A stretch of 64,000 nt of DNA, taken from assembly GCA_951406725.2 (NCBI GenBank), contig OX597816.1:153636001-153700000 (forward strand), given 5' to 3'. Source of the DNA: Octopus vulgaris. Lineage: Eukaryota. The notes under the pieces were generated by a model. The model saw only the letters and a program-made list of their open reading frames with translations, did not search any database and was not told the DNA's origin. Position 1 is the stretch's first letter, and each line of letters starts with the position of its first letter. Positions 14,974 through 28,644 of this stretch are shown in pieces. The position numbers were made by a program, and so were the translations under genes.

Positions 14974-15225
14974 GTCGTCGTCGTCGTGGGGGGCTGCAGT
15001 GGTGGTGATTGTTGTTGTTCATACTACTATTGTTTTCTTTATTTTATAGTTTACATATTGTACTACCTCTGCAACTACTATTTCTACTACTACTACTACT
15101 ACTACTGCTACTACTACTACTACTACTATTACTATTACTACTACTACAACTACTACTACTACTATTACTACTACAACTACTACTACTACTTATAATAATA
15201 ATAATAATACTACAACTACTACTAC

Positions 15226-15264
<39 letters not shown>
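14765..15264. repeat. Compound trinucleotide tract (GTT/GTC/GTG, then CTA, then TAA)
   Basis: Direct reading. Confidence 0.95.
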
Positions 15265-15265
<1 letters not shown>

Positions 15266-17059
15266 TCTTTTCTCGGCCACAAGAGCTTACATAAAAACAA
15301 CATGAAATAACAAAACAGAACGATACAAAGTGTTTTAGAACGCGTAAATAGACTAACAAACAAATTTAAAACAAATAATACTTCCAATAGGAGGAGACGC
15401 TTTAAAGCTACACGTGGAAAAACCCACAAAAGCCACGGGTTCCTGACCAACAGGGCAAGAGCCCTACTCCTTATATTTTTCATAGGCGCATCCTCAAAAT
15501 GGGTCCTTTCACATTGGACATTTTCCCGACATTCACCCACCTTTCAACAAATTTGCTAGAAGGTAAAAACTTTCCTCTCCACCCTCACTTTCCTTTTCAA
15601 GTAAAACTTGAAAATCTTTATGAGGCCTTGGCCATAGAGGACAGTATCTGTCTTTAGCTCTTCAAACGTGTCCGCCACACTACCTCTTTTGCTACAGCCA
15701 CCAAGCAAATAAAAATTGCCTGCCCCTCCCGGTCAAAGGAGGTCGACGAGGCAATCTTCACTATGGATTAAGCTGATAGCTGGATCCGTCCTACACGAGA
15801 CAGCAGGTGTTCGACATAAACCCACAGGTCAGCAATGCTCGGGCACTGGGCGATGGCGTGCAGAACGGTTTCGTCGCTCTACGCGCACTACGAGTAGGCT
15901 CGGCTGACGGCACTTTAGTGCCTGTAAAGTTTATCCTGAACAGGCAGCGACCCTCGATAGTACTGCCAGGTGAGGGATTTCTGGAAGTTATCCATAGACC
16001 CCAGCCCGAAAGTTCTCCGAAACAAAGCGGTCAGTTGATCTTCGTCGACGCCTAGAGTTTCTCCGAGAACGTCGTCACACTTTTCCTCCACTAACCCTCT
16101 ATACAACGCTAGAGTGAAACTACCATCGACCATGTTTCCCGCCAGGCGGAGGGCTGTGAGCGCTTGACGGCACTCGAAGTGTCAAGCGCCCCTCCTCGGT
16201 CCACATTTAATCCAGGATTGCAGCTCAGTCAAGGAGGCGAGCTGTGGAAGAGCGAGTCTGACAAACGGCGACCACACTTGCTCACCGTCAAAGAAACGCT
16301 GGAGATGCCGCAGCCTGAGCGTATGTTTGCGCATCAGCAACTAGGGCATGCCCAGGCTCCCATTCAGCGGCTATTCATAGCAGATGGAGCACCTTACCAG
16401 CGGAACGAGACCCTTCTACAGAAAGCGGAAGAGTAAGGGAACAAACTTGTTCAGCCAACATAAGGGGCAAGGGAAGACTGTGAAGTGGTAATAGATGACG
16501 GATGCGATGTACGCATTCGCCACCTCGGCTCGACCTTTCAGGGACAGCTTGCCCTCGGCTCATTTCTGGGTGAGATTGGCCACCCTATTCGTCACCTCGT
16601 CCCAGTTTTTCTCCACCTGGGGGTCTGGAGCAAACCAGACACCGAGCAATTTAACCGGACCGTCTGACCAGCATCCCACAATGCTGTTGGGCGGCGTGAA
16701 CTTGCCTCTCCAGGTATCGAGTTGCAAGCTCACTGACTTTTCTGCGTTTATCTTTTCTCCTGTCACCACTTCATATTCTTTTAGTGTGTCGTTTAGCAGA
16801 TCTATACGCCTGTGGATCGACACTATCACAGTGACATCGTCGGCGTAAGCAGAGTCAGTACATACAGAAGAGAGGAGAGAGGGTACCCATGACGGACCGA
16901 AAGCAAGATGCTGAGTGGCTCTGACAAGTGATCATTCACCCGAACAACCGAGCAGATGCCGCTGTACAAAGCAGCGATCCAACTGCGAAAAACTGGACCG
17001 AAACCGACTGCCGTGAGAACACCTGCCAAGTATTGATGGTCGACCCTATCGAAGGCTTT

Positions 17060-17060
<1 letters not shown>
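15265..17060 (-). mobile_element. 5'-truncated, decayed Tx1/L1-clade LINE related to 38000-43358
   Basis: Fragments SVRHGYPLSSLLYVL, YADD, VGCWSDGPVKLLGVWF..EKNWDEV and DNFQKSLTWQYYRGSLPVQDKLYRH are homologous to ORF2 at 41658-43121. (AAT)n on both sides. Confidence 0.9.
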
Positions 17061-17128
<68 letters not shown>

Positions 17129-17142
17129 TGATGATGATGATG

Positions 17143-17199
<57 letters not shown>

Positions 17200-17202
<3 letters not shown>

Positions 17203-17730
17203 GCTCTGATGCAGTACCTGGCAGTGACTCTCATGGCTCCTGATCTTAACTGATTGGAAATGTTATCATGTACATTGTTTTGTCTTGGTATAAAAGATGG
17301 GCTACAGCAAATATTCTACTCGATACCACATATTTGCGTGTCAGTTGTTTGACCTTAACCAGTTGAGCATGTCTCTTAGTGGCTGACGATATGTGCATCT
17401 CTGATTACGAGCAGAAGTAGTGGGGGAGCATCATAGCCGTGTGTTGAAAGAAATTCACTCAAAGGTTTGGATAATTCACCTTTGGAAAAATGGGTGATTC
17501 GTTCACCATCCTTAAACAATCCTTATCCAGGGACCTTTTTAGTGGGATGGGTTACCCAACCAGAAGAAAATTCTAACTGGGCCCCACCTGCAAGGTCCTG
17601 CGCTGTTTATCTTGATATAAAATCATGTCGCACACATATGGTTGTGATGCATGTGCCTGGTGCACCCTTATCAAACGGGTAGTCATGATGGGTGCCACTT
17701 TGATGGCATGCGCTGCTCTCTCACTCACTC
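17200..17730. mobile_element. About 530-bp interspersed repeat bounded by (AAT)n, copy 1
   Basis: High similarity to 17797-18264, with an internal deletion of about 30 bp relative to copy 2. Confidence 0.75.
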
Positions 17731-17796
<66 letters not shown>

Positions 17797-17799
<3 letters not shown>

Positions 17800-18264
17800 G
17801 ATGGGCTACAGCAAATATTCAGCTCAATACCACAGATTTGCTTGTCAGTTATTTGACCGTAACCAGTCGAGCATGTCCCTTAGTGGCTGACGATATGTGC
17901 ATCTCTGATCACGAGTAGAAGTAGTGGGGGAGCATCATAGCCATGTGTTGAGAGGGATTCTTTGGGGTTTGAATGATTCACCTCTGGAAACATGGGTGTT
18001 TCATTCAACATCCTTAAACAAGCCTTAATCAGGGACCTTTTGAGTGGGATGGGTTACCCAACCAGAAGAAAATTCTAACTGGGCCCCACCCGCAAGGTCA
18101 TGCGCTGTTTATCTTGTTATGAGATCACCATGTCGCGCACATATGGTTGTGATGCATGTGCCTGGTGTACCCTTATCAGACGGGTAGTCATGATGGGTAT
18201 ACTGGGCTTCGTACATTTTACCCCAGTGCTACTTTGATGGCATGCGCTGCTCTCTTATTCACTC
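17797..18264. mobile_element. Same (AAT)n-bounded repeat, copy 2 (truncated)
   Basis: Direct repeat of 17291-17730 with the same right terminus (...CACTC-AATAAT). Confidence 0.75.
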
Positions 18265-18305
<41 letters not shown>

Positions 18306-18307
<2 letters not shown>

Positions 18308-18590
18308 GAAAAAGAAAGAAGGTGAAGATAGTGCCAGTTATTATTGAGTCCTTGGTGACAGTATCAGAAGGCATCAAAAGGAAATCGGAAATAAAGGAAA
18401 TCAGAATGGAGGGCCCAGTAGAACTGTTACATAAGGTTCGTCTCCTTGGCATTGCCAGGATGATCAGGAAAGTATTAGGTATTTGAGAAGAACAGATAGT
18501 ATAGTGCCGTAGACTGCAGGCAGCAAGCCCGCTCCGCATGCAAGACTCCAGGAGTTCCAACAAAACCTGAGATAAAAAGAAAAATGATAA
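18306..18590 (+). mobile_element. 3' end of a Dong-like RLE LINE in (AAT)n
   Basis: Encodes KVKIVPVII.SL.TVS..VELLHKVRLLGIARMIRKVLGI* plus a 3' UTR shared with 22403-22600. Confidence 0.75.
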
Positions 18591-18602
18591 TAATGATGAT
18601 GA

Positions 18603-19666
18603 TTTCAAATTTTGGCACAAGGCCAGCAATTTTGAGGGTAATAATTTGTACTCATAACATAAAGACAGACGAAATGCTGCTAAGCATTTTGCCCGGGATG
18701 CTAATGAATCTGTCAGCTCGACGCCTTAATAGTAATAATTATAATGGTTTCAAATTTTTCCACAAGGGCAGCAACTTTAGGGGTGGCAATGAATCGATTA
18801 CATTGACCCCAGTATTCAACTGGTACTTATTTTATCGACCTCGAATAGAAGAAAGACAATGTCGACCTCCACGGAATTTGAACTCAGAACGGAGCGACAG
18901 GTGAAATACCACTAAGCATTTCGTCCAGCATGCTAACGTTTCCGTCAGCTCGCCGCCTTTGTAATGATAATAATAATAATAATAATCATTATTATCATTA
19001 TTATTATTATTATTATTATTATATTCCTTTCTACTAGAAGCACAAGGCCTCAAATTTGGGGGAAGGGATTAAGTGGATTACATCGATCAGTGCGTAACTG
19101 GTACTTATTTAATCGGCCTCGAAAGGATGAAAGGCAAAGTCGACTTCGGCGGAGTTTAAATTTAGAATGTAGCGGCGGGTGAAATACCTATTTCTTTATT
19201 ACCCACAAGGGGCTAAACATAGAGGGGACAAACAAGGACAGACATAGGTATTAAGTCGATTACATTGACCCCAGTGCGTAACTGGTACTTAATTTATCGA
19301 CACCAAAAGGATGCAAGACAAAGTCGACCTCAGCGGAATTCAACTCAGAACGTAGCGGTAGGCGAAATATCGCTAATTGTTTTACCCGACGAGTTAACGA
19401 TTCTACAAATGATTATTGATAATAATAATCTGGTGTGTTTAATTTAATGGCTTACCAATGTATACAGTGAGTTTCTTTGCCCTAAATGTCGGGAAGAAGA
19501 CAGTCGACAAGAAATGGAAACAAAATTGAAAGAAGAGGATAATGATAATAATAATAATAGTAATTCTTTTGAGGTCGATAAAATAAATGCCAGTTAAGCA
19601 TTGGGGTCGATGTAATCGACTTAACCCCTCCCCCAAACTTGCTGGCCTTGTGCCAAAATTTGAAAT
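18603..19666. mobile_element. Cluster of about 5 family A SINE copies or fragments separated by (AAT)n
   Basis: Repeated TTTCAAATTTTGGCACAAGGCCAGCAA, AACTGGTACTTATTTTATCGAC and GGAATTTGAACTCAGAACG blocks at about 18603, 18748, 19030, 19200 (minus) and 19570 (plus). Confidence 0.8.
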
Positions 19667-19751
19667 CATTATTATAATTATTGTTATTATTGTTATTATT
19701 GTTATTATTGTTGTCCTCGTCGTTACTGTTGTTGTTACTGCTGCTGCTCCT

Positions 19752-19836
19752 GAAGAAGAAGAAGAAGAAGAAGAAGAAGAAGAAGAAGAAGAAGAAGAAG
19801 AAGAAGAAGAAGAAGAAGAAGAAGAAGAAGAAGAAG

Positions 19837-19874
<38 letters not shown>

Positions 19875-19875
19875 G

Positions 19876-19926
<51 letters not shown>

Positions 19927-19927
19927 A
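19752..19927. repeat. (GAA)n-(CAA)n compound microsatellite
   Basis: Direct reading. Confidence 0.97.
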
Positions 19928-20277
19928 CTGATAGTTCCTTTACCTCTTCTACCTGATTCTCTGATTCGTTTGTTGAAATGTACTTTTTTATGTTTTTATT
20001 TTTCTTGTTTCCCCACCCCTTCCTAAATTCAGATCTAATGCCAAAACATCACTATGGAGAGAGGAGCTTGTTTATGTATGAGCAAAAAGAAAAAAGACTT
20101 ACACACACATACATATGTATGTATGTATGTATGTATGTACGCATGTATGTACGTATGTAAGTATGTGTGTATTTATGTATGTATGTATTTATGTATGTAT
20201 GTATGTTTGTATGTACGTATGTATGTATGTATGTATGTATGTATGTATGTATGTATGTATGTATGTATGTATATATA

Positions 20278-20460
20278 AGCTGGCACTCCGCCGGTTACGA
20301 CGATGAGTATTCCGGCTGATACGATCAACAGAACAGCCTTCTTGCGAAATTAACGTGCAAGTGGTTGAGCACTACCTTTAATGCAATTCTCGGGGAAATT
20401 GAGCGTGATTCAGAATCTGACAAGACTGACCCTTTGAAATGCATATACAGATCATTTTTG
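20278..20460 (-). mobile_element. SINE tail fragment of the family at 50048-50320
   Basis: Shares CTGGCAC..GTTACGACGA..CAACAGAACAGCCT..GAAATTAACGTGCAAGT with 50048-50200. Confidence 0.65.
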
Positions 20461-20538
20461 CCAGATGAGTCGAGACACAATACGCAACCAGGAATATATG
20501 TACATATATTTATATGTATATACGTATGTATATGTATG

Positions 20539-20570
<32 letters not shown>

Positions 20571-21059
20571 TGTATGTATGCGTACATGTATGTATGTATG
20601 TGTGTATGTAGAGAGACAGACAGAGACAGGAACAGAGACAGAGGCAGGAGGAGGGGAGAAGAGAAATATAGGTATATCGAATAATATAGAACATAAATTC
20701 TTGATTCATTTAGATTATCTCCGCCTCTAGCGGATCTATCACAATTACCAAATGACAATTGAGAATAGTTTCATATTGAGAAAAGGAGATTGTCTCCACA
20801 ATCAAGAATTTTCAAAAGAGAATTGAGGAAAAGGACAGGCTTAATTTCAGGAGATAGGAGAATAGTTACGGAGGCGTGTTTTCGCCTTAATATGCGTCCT
20901 CAGCGTAACAATTGTCTAAATCTATCTCCCGCACCTAAGAAACATAGACATACAAAAAAGTGCAGAACATATTGATGGCTGAGGTAACTTGCATAGAGCA
21001 AGCAAAAATTAGCTAAGAGAAATATCTCAGCAGCCAGTGGCATGTATGTATAAGAACAG

Positions 21060-21490
21060 CATACGCCTATATATTTGCAGGAATATTTTAAATCATTTTG
21101 TTGAATTAACGAACTCACAATTCATATATGTATTAAATACCTTGTTCAAGAGTGGATAGTAGGAAATTATCCAGCTGTTGTCAATTTCATGTTGTCCAAC
21201 CGAGGTTGGAAGCTTCAATATTCTGGTACTCTACTGTAAGACATATAAACATCTTCCCCTATTTGGATATCCTTGACAGATGGTTTTGAAAATCATTTAG
21301 GACATTTGTTGTTTTCCATGTGAAATTACGTCACAGGAACGATAAATAAAATCTGAAAATTCTGCAGATATGATGGAATCAATTTGCTTGAAATGAATCT
21401 TATTTGTAAACCAATCAAGATGTGTGCATGTGGTACCAAACTGTAGTTATGTAAAACCTTTCATAAATGTAGAAAGCACCACATCACATT
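21060..21490 (-). pseudogene. Decayed Helitron Rep (HUH endonuclease) fragment
   Basis: Minus strand gives LVPHAHILIGL (HUH motif, cf. GLPHAHILIWL) and VGQHEIDNSWIISYYPLLNKVFNTYMNCEFVNS..CKYI (cf. IDNRWVVPYNPLL..HINVE..KYICKY). Confidence 0.75.
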
Positions 21491-21575
21491 AATGTAATTA
21501 ATGTAATAATTTGTTTGTGGCATTGCTGATGACAACATCATTTGTAGTTAATTTCTCGCAAAAGACTACATTTGA

Positions 21576-21828
21576 TAATTAACACATCCAACTTAAATCG
21601 GATGTGTTGCTTATATCGTCTTAAACTTCTGTTAACGTCCAGAGATACTATTTCATGTTGACATGTGCTAATTAAGCACTTACTATATCGGCTGATGAGA
21701 AAATCGTTTGCACTAGTAGTCGGTACTACCTATCACGTGATTTCACTGGTTCTACAGATCCTCAGCGACATCCTGCCTCGCACCGAATGTCAAACAACAC
21801 ATCCAATTTAAGTTGGATATGTTAATTA
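21576..21828. mobile_element. MITE with about 35-bp TIRs
   Basis: TAATTAACACATCCAACTTAAATCGGATGTGTTG is inverted to CAACACATCCAATTTAAGTTGGATATGTTAATTA. Confidence 0.7.
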
Positions 21829-22402
21829 ATATTCGTAACAAACAGCTACTGTCGCTAATTTAGGCTATATTTAGTGCTAACCATAATTTGAACTCGCGTC
21901 TTCCCGCTTAAATTAATTAAAATCAGCTGCTACACCAAACTAATCTTCTGCTAAAACTTTTATTTTGCAACTGACTTCTAAAGGCAGAGAGGAAGATAAA
22001 AAGAAAAACAAAGAAGGAATGTATGTGACAGAGAGAGGGGAGAGAGAAAGAAACAGAGACAGAGACAGAGACAGAGACAGGCAGACAGAGACAGGCAGAG
22101 ACAGGCAGACAGAGACAGATAGAGGGAGACAGAGTTATGTAAAAAGAAAGGGAGGATAAAAGGAGAGAGAAATAGACAGAGATAGTTTGAACTAGAAAGA
22201 AAGGAAAGAGAATCACTGGAAGTAGCGAAATTTTCAGTGAGGTGTAAAAAACAGGAAAAATAGTAAAACACAGATTCAATACGATGTTGGCAGGGAGGAG
22301 AGCTTTAACGAACAAAAAGAGAGGCTGTAAAATAAAAGAGGGGAGGAAAAGATGAACATACAAAATTTCTAAAACATATAATCAAATGTAATATTACACA
22401 AA

Positions 22403-22601
22403 ATGGAGGAATATAAAGGAAATTGGAATGGAGTGCCCATTAGAACTGTTGCAAAAGGTTTGCATACCTGGCACGGCCAGAATAATCAGGAAAGCATTAG
22501 ATATCTGAAAGGAACGAATAACATGGTACCGTAGGCTGTATGTAGTAAGCCCGCTACGCATGCAAGACTCGAGGAGCTCCAACAAAATTTGTGATAAATA
22601 G

Positions 22602-22660
<59 letters not shown>
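22403..22660 (+). mobile_element. 3' end of a Dong-like LINE with a (TAA)n tail
   Basis: KEIGMECPLELLQKVCIPGTARIIRKALDI* plus a 3' UTR matching 18480-18580, then (TAA)n. Confidence 0.75.
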
Positions 22661-22668
<8 letters not shown>

Positions 22669-22836
22669 TAATAAAATCGAAAATGTATCTCTGCAAAATT
22701 TTGTTAAAAAGTATGCATTTGTCAGAAAGTTGTGAAGTAACAAATACAAGGGGACGGGACACCAAACTGTAGTTATACCAAAGCATGTTAGATGTACAAA
22801 GCACTATCACATTTGCGAATTAATGCAATATTCTTT

Positions 22837-23326
22837 TAATAAATTTGGGATCTAGTCTTTCTCATCCGCAAAATTTGCTCCGCTTAATTTTACTCAGATT
22901 GCCTTCATTTTTGGTGTATCGATACAACTCTGAATTTTTATTACGATCAACCAATTACTTTATCTCGTAAATTAAAGAATCTAATGTTATTTGGAATCAA
23001 AGTTGGGAAATTTGGGTAATTTTAGCCAATCAACAGACAGCGTGGCATTAGCGTGGCATGACAACAGGACGCTGTGTTGAGATTCACTTCACTGTTGTCT
23101 GTGACGCACGTTGTTCGATGTTGATTTTTTACAATTGATTCTTCACACCACGAGATTCTTTTCACCAACGTGTTTTGTTTTAATTTTTCTATGTTAGTAT
23201 ATTACATATTTTTCTGTGCTTCAGTGTGTTAGTATTTTTCTGTGCTCTTTGTGTATTTATTCTTATCGTAGTTTACAAATTCAAGCATGAAAACGTTACT
23301 CAACTTTGGAGTTTTGGAGACAGACA

Positions 23327-23369
<43 letters not shown>

Positions 23370-23867
23370 TAATGATGTACATATATACATGGTAGGTATA
23401 CGTAATACTGAAATATGCATAAAGGAAACACATGCAGACAAATATATTAATATAACAAATTTTTAAAATAAAAAAATGCAATTAATGAATGAGAAAGACT
23501 AGATCCAGATGATACAGGTTGATTTTATTAGGTATTTCTGTTTATTTGCAAACCTACATTGAAACTAGGTATTTCTGTTTATTTACAAACCTACAATGAA
23601 CAAGTCAGACGCTACATTTCACGGGATACAACTTTAAAGTTAAAACCGCTCTGCTAAACGTAGGAAAATTCTCGCTATTGGCTAAAAATGCCCAATTTTT
23701 TTTTTAAACATCTGTAACTTTTTCCGATTTTTTTTCTCCACAACATCACACCCTCAAAGCAATGAGACTGGAATGCTACATTATTATCGCCAATTTTCAG
23801 ATTTTTTACAGTCTTCTACAAAAAGCATATTTTACGAATGAAAAAAACTAGATCCTAAATTTGTTAA
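22837..23867. mobile_element. Non-autonomous TIR element
   Basis: TTAATAAATTTGGGATCTAGTCTTTCTCATCCGCAAAAT is inverted to ATTTTACGAATGAAAAAAACTAGATCCTAAATTTGTTAA. Further internal inverted blocks at about 23010 and 23680. Confidence 0.55.
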
Positions 23868-23976
23868 TGTTTTCTCCAATTATCTTTAACGTATGCACAA
23901 TTTGCAATCTTTAACAAAACTACCATCATTTTTTACGTCACGGGTATACCAGTAGATATTGTAATATAATATGATA

Positions 23977-24014
<38 letters not shown>

Positions 24015-24054
24015 CATACATACTAATGTGGGTCTTGTATTAGCATACATATAT

Positions 24055-24211
24055 ATATTAGACAAAAATGAGGTAACAAAGCCAAGGCTGCGAGGAGTTT
24101 TCAGAACATCTATAAGGAAAAAGATATAGATATAGTCTATATTTTTTTCCTTATAAATGTTTCGAAAACTCCTCGAAGCCTTGGCTTTGCTATCTCACTT
24201 TGTCTAATATA
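24055..24211. mobile_element. Palindromic (foldback) MITE in TA repeats
   Basis: About 75-bp arms form a near-perfect hairpin centred at about 24133. Confidence 0.8.
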
Positions 24212-24271
<60 letters not shown>

Positions 24272-24307
24272 CGCGTGCGTGCGTGTGCGTGTGTGTGCAT
24301 GTATGTT

Positions 24308-24350
<43 letters not shown>

Positions 24351-24738
24351 ATACATATAAATATTTATATATACATATACACATTTATATATATGCATCT
24401 ATACATGTGTGTATATATACATATATATGTGTATATATATATACATACATGCACACATACACATACATACAGGATGTATATTATATCATATATATATGAG
24501 TATGTGTATGTATATGTGTGTACATATGATATAATATATATATATAAAGCGATCTAAAAATACTTAATCTTTTTTTTTTACCTCTAAAATCTGATAATCG
24601 CCAGACATGACCTATGAAAAGGCAATAAAAATTCCTTGGTTTCCTCGTTGATGTACGCTGTGCCTCGTTTAAGTAGACTTTTTCTAATACCTTCTGTTTA
24701 TTATATATACATAGATATTTACAGATACATTTACACAC

Positions 24739-24769
<31 letters not shown>

Positions 24770-25059
24770 TGTATGTATGTATGTATGTATGTATGTATGT
24801 ATGTATGTATGCATGCATGCATGCATGCATGCATGTATGTATGTATGTATGTATGTATGTATGTATGTATGTATATGCATAAATATATATGCCGACATAC
24901 AGGCATCTATACATACATCCATATATACATATAAATAAATATGTGTGTACGTATGCATATATAGGTATACATATGCGTGTTTGTACGTATGTATGTATGC
25001 ACACAAGCGTATATATATATATATACATACATACATACATACATACATACATACATACA

Positions 25060-25095
<36 letters not shown>

Positions 25096-27300
25096 TATAT
25101 ATACAAACATACACATATACATACGTACACACATACATACATATATATTCATATGGCATTGAGATTACTATCTTTTATTACTCAGAGTTTGGCGAGCATC
25201 TAAACATGATATGATATTTATAGAAAAATAATACACGGGCGCAATCATTGAATGTAAGCAAAGTGTTGTGGTGAAAAGGGCGAACAAGAAAATAATCTGG
25301 CCTTACCTCAGTTCATGAATTCGTATTCTAGATGTTAGCTGTTGGCAAAGAAAAGTGGAAAAAGAATGCGCTTATTCTTTCTTAGCTGAGAAAAGCCAAA
25401 TAATTTAGGTTTCAATAGTCCACTGAATCCGAAATTCATCCCCTCTTGCCTATTAATCACCAAACACTGTCTCCTTTCCACCTGCTCAATACACAAACAA
25501 CCTCTCTCTCTCACTCTCTCTCACCCTCCCTTTCAGTCCTTAATGCCTCTTCTTGACCAATAATATCAATACACTCTCCTGATCTAAAGATGACTTTTTA
25601 CAACCGCAAACTAAAGAAATAAAACTTAATCACCAGAAAACATAGAATCAGCAATAGACTCCTTTCCACTTCATTCCTGTGTGCTGCTATTTGGAATCGA
25701 AAAGTCCTCTCTAAATCTCATAACTCTTACAACATTTAATACTCGTTCACCGAATTGAACGTCGCTCCTCCTACAACTTTCATAGCACCATGATGCTAGT
25801 CACGTCATCTTCACTTCCGTCGCCCACTTTTATCGTTCCTTGATGTCCCTTCTTATTCCGAAGTGTTCTCTGAAGTACTGATTCTTCCTCTTGGCCTAAC
25901 TTTCATGGTGTGATATGCCAGAACACTACCTGGATTGGGTAGAGATACTTCGGTGGTGGCCTTGATGTTTCTCTCTATGATTCCATTTTTCTCGATATGT
26001 GTACAGCTCTAAAAATGCGTTTGATATCCCATCAGAAAAAAAAACACTCACAGTTAAATTCAGCGATTTTGAACGAAATGCAATACTATTGGATATGAAT
26101 CCATCTGGCTCAAAGACTGTTTTGCTCAGATCCTTCGAAATTTCAGCCACAGCCTCCATCATGTCTTCTCCAAATCCATTTGGTACATATTGTGAATTCT
26201 CTTCAGCCTCACTTCTTCAAAACAGCACACTTCGGTCACTTCCCTCCCTTAATTCTAGGGCACACCCACTCAGGTTTTCCTCAATCAAAGCATTCACTTT
26301 ATTCTTCTCTGAGGCAGAAAAAAAACATTCCCAGTTAAATTAAGTGAACTCACCGGGCATTTTCCATAGTAACATCTACTCACCCTATCTCACTCGTTCT
26401 TAACGCTACACTAGCACTTTCAACGATGTAGTTGATCACAATCACCTTGACCTTCAGTCGTTTTCCACGTATAGTCAACTCTTCAATGCTGGTGCTGCTT
26501 CGATTAACATTCTGTTCTTTTTTTCCATCGATTGCCTCCTGCTCCAGCTATACACCAAACTTAACAACGTTAAAATGGTCGTTTAGCTCGTGTCAACGAA
26601 GGTTCTCGCTTCCTTCTCACTCGAGAAGTTCTACTATTGGCAATAAACTTTAAAATGCGTCTATTATGTTAACATCCCAGTTCTAGTCACTAAATCTTAC
26701 ATAGCAACAGTTTCAATATTAGCAACTGCTGTCACAAACCCTAATTTAAGTAATTTTCCTAACCCTTCTCTGGTGAATCCGTCCATCCCTCCCAACCTTC
26801 TAAACCCATTAGCAAACATATCCACCTCTTTTCCATCCATTCTATTTCCCCTGCGACTAGTTGATCTTCCTCATTCATCTCTAAAAGCAAGTCAGCACAT
26901 CTCTTTTGAATACTACAGCATAAAACACGATACATCTTGTATTCTTTGCTGTTTTTTCCCCCAATCTCGCTTTCTTCGGCTATGTGACCAGAACTCTGCT
27001 GTCATTAAACAGCTTTATCGTTTCACTACCGATCCTAATAATGCCCGATTTATTACATCTATAATTCAGCAATACGGCTGGTCGAAGTACAACAAAATAA
27101 TTTTACCTTATCTCGACGTACGACTCTGCACAAGGAGGCGTCAGAGCACAGACAAAGAATAAAGAAAGCATCTGTTATTAACTCAAATAAGCAGAGACTA
27201 ATATTCAACAGCCACTAGAAATGAAATTATCTGCTCTTGCTTATCACTCACCAATCATGCTGTCTCTTCTTCTTGCTCAGCGCACAAACACCATCACTGT

Positions 27301-27382
<82 letters not shown>

Positions 27383-28107
27383 CTCTGATGTCCCTTATAT
27401 TTTCAGGTTGTGTGTAACGAAATTTCTGTCAGTCGATTGTAAATGGTGGGAAGTGTGATGAACATAATGGTAAGAGGATAAGTTAGAAAGAAGGTGGGTG
27501 GTAGATGTATTTCCAGATATATGGAGTATATATGGAGTAAGTGTGTGTATGATGAGGAGTAGGGGAATATAATAATTAATAACCTCTTATACGTTGAATG
27601 AAGTCGTCAGGGTTGTTGAGATTCCAGTCGATGTTCCTCGGCATGAAGTAAGGGTGAAGAATGTAGGATGTTGTGAAAACTTATTTCTCATTAACCATCG
27701 ATATCATTTTATTATTTCATTATTTTAACACATATAAGCTTGATGTCCTATTACCCTACATTAGCAATCACACCAACACGAGATGAATCGGAAAGCTATA
27801 TTCTGTAATAGTATTTTATTGGGCGACAAATATTTTATTGGTTAACAAGAACAGCGAATTGAAGATTAAAGCACTGAATAAACACCTCGACTTGATAAAA
27901 TCTAGGGCAATAACCAATTTTGTTTTCAGATGACCGAATTAAATATATTATATTCCCACCAATACTGAATACTCTTTTTCCGCTCGTTATTATTTGTGCA
28001 CCAATACGTCCTGCGAATCCCAGTCGGTTGATCATCGTATACTAGCTGGAAACAATATGTTGAAATATGGAAATTCACTCAACGAAATGCGTAGACATCC
28101 TAACAAG

Positions 28108-28644
28108 AAAATTTGACGAAATTCTAGTTTAAGCACCCCATATAAACTCTCACAACTTTTTTTAATTTTTTGGCATTTTCAAAAATTGTGCGAATTTGTG
28201 TTATACACACAGGAATTCATGCGATTATGGAAAAACAACTACCCATAAATCCTAAAAATTTCAATCTTTTTCGAATTTTTTTTGTTTTAATCGATTTAGA
28301 ATCTGTACAGTCCGAAGTTTTTGCTTAAATCCTAGCAATAGACCACTCTGATAGCATCATATTCCATTAAAGATATTTATGAGGAAATAAAAACTGAAAA
28401 TCGTCAATACGTGTCAAAGTGACAAAGAAACGAGGAAGGTGTCAGGTGGTCGTGAGATGAGCTAAAAATAAAAGCGAAATCGCTCTTAAATTAAACACAA
28501 TTTTTGTTATTGTTTTTGTTTTGTATAATTGTATGTATTCCGGTGTGTAGAACATAAATTCGCAGGAAAATTCTGAAAATTCCAAAAAATAAAAAAAAAG
28601 GCATGGGTGAGTATATGGGGTACTAGAATTCCGCCAAACATTTT
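28108..28644. mobile_element. Foldback element with about 110-bp degenerate inverted arms
   Basis: 28108-28217 is the approximate reverse complement of 28537-28644. Confidence 0.6.
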
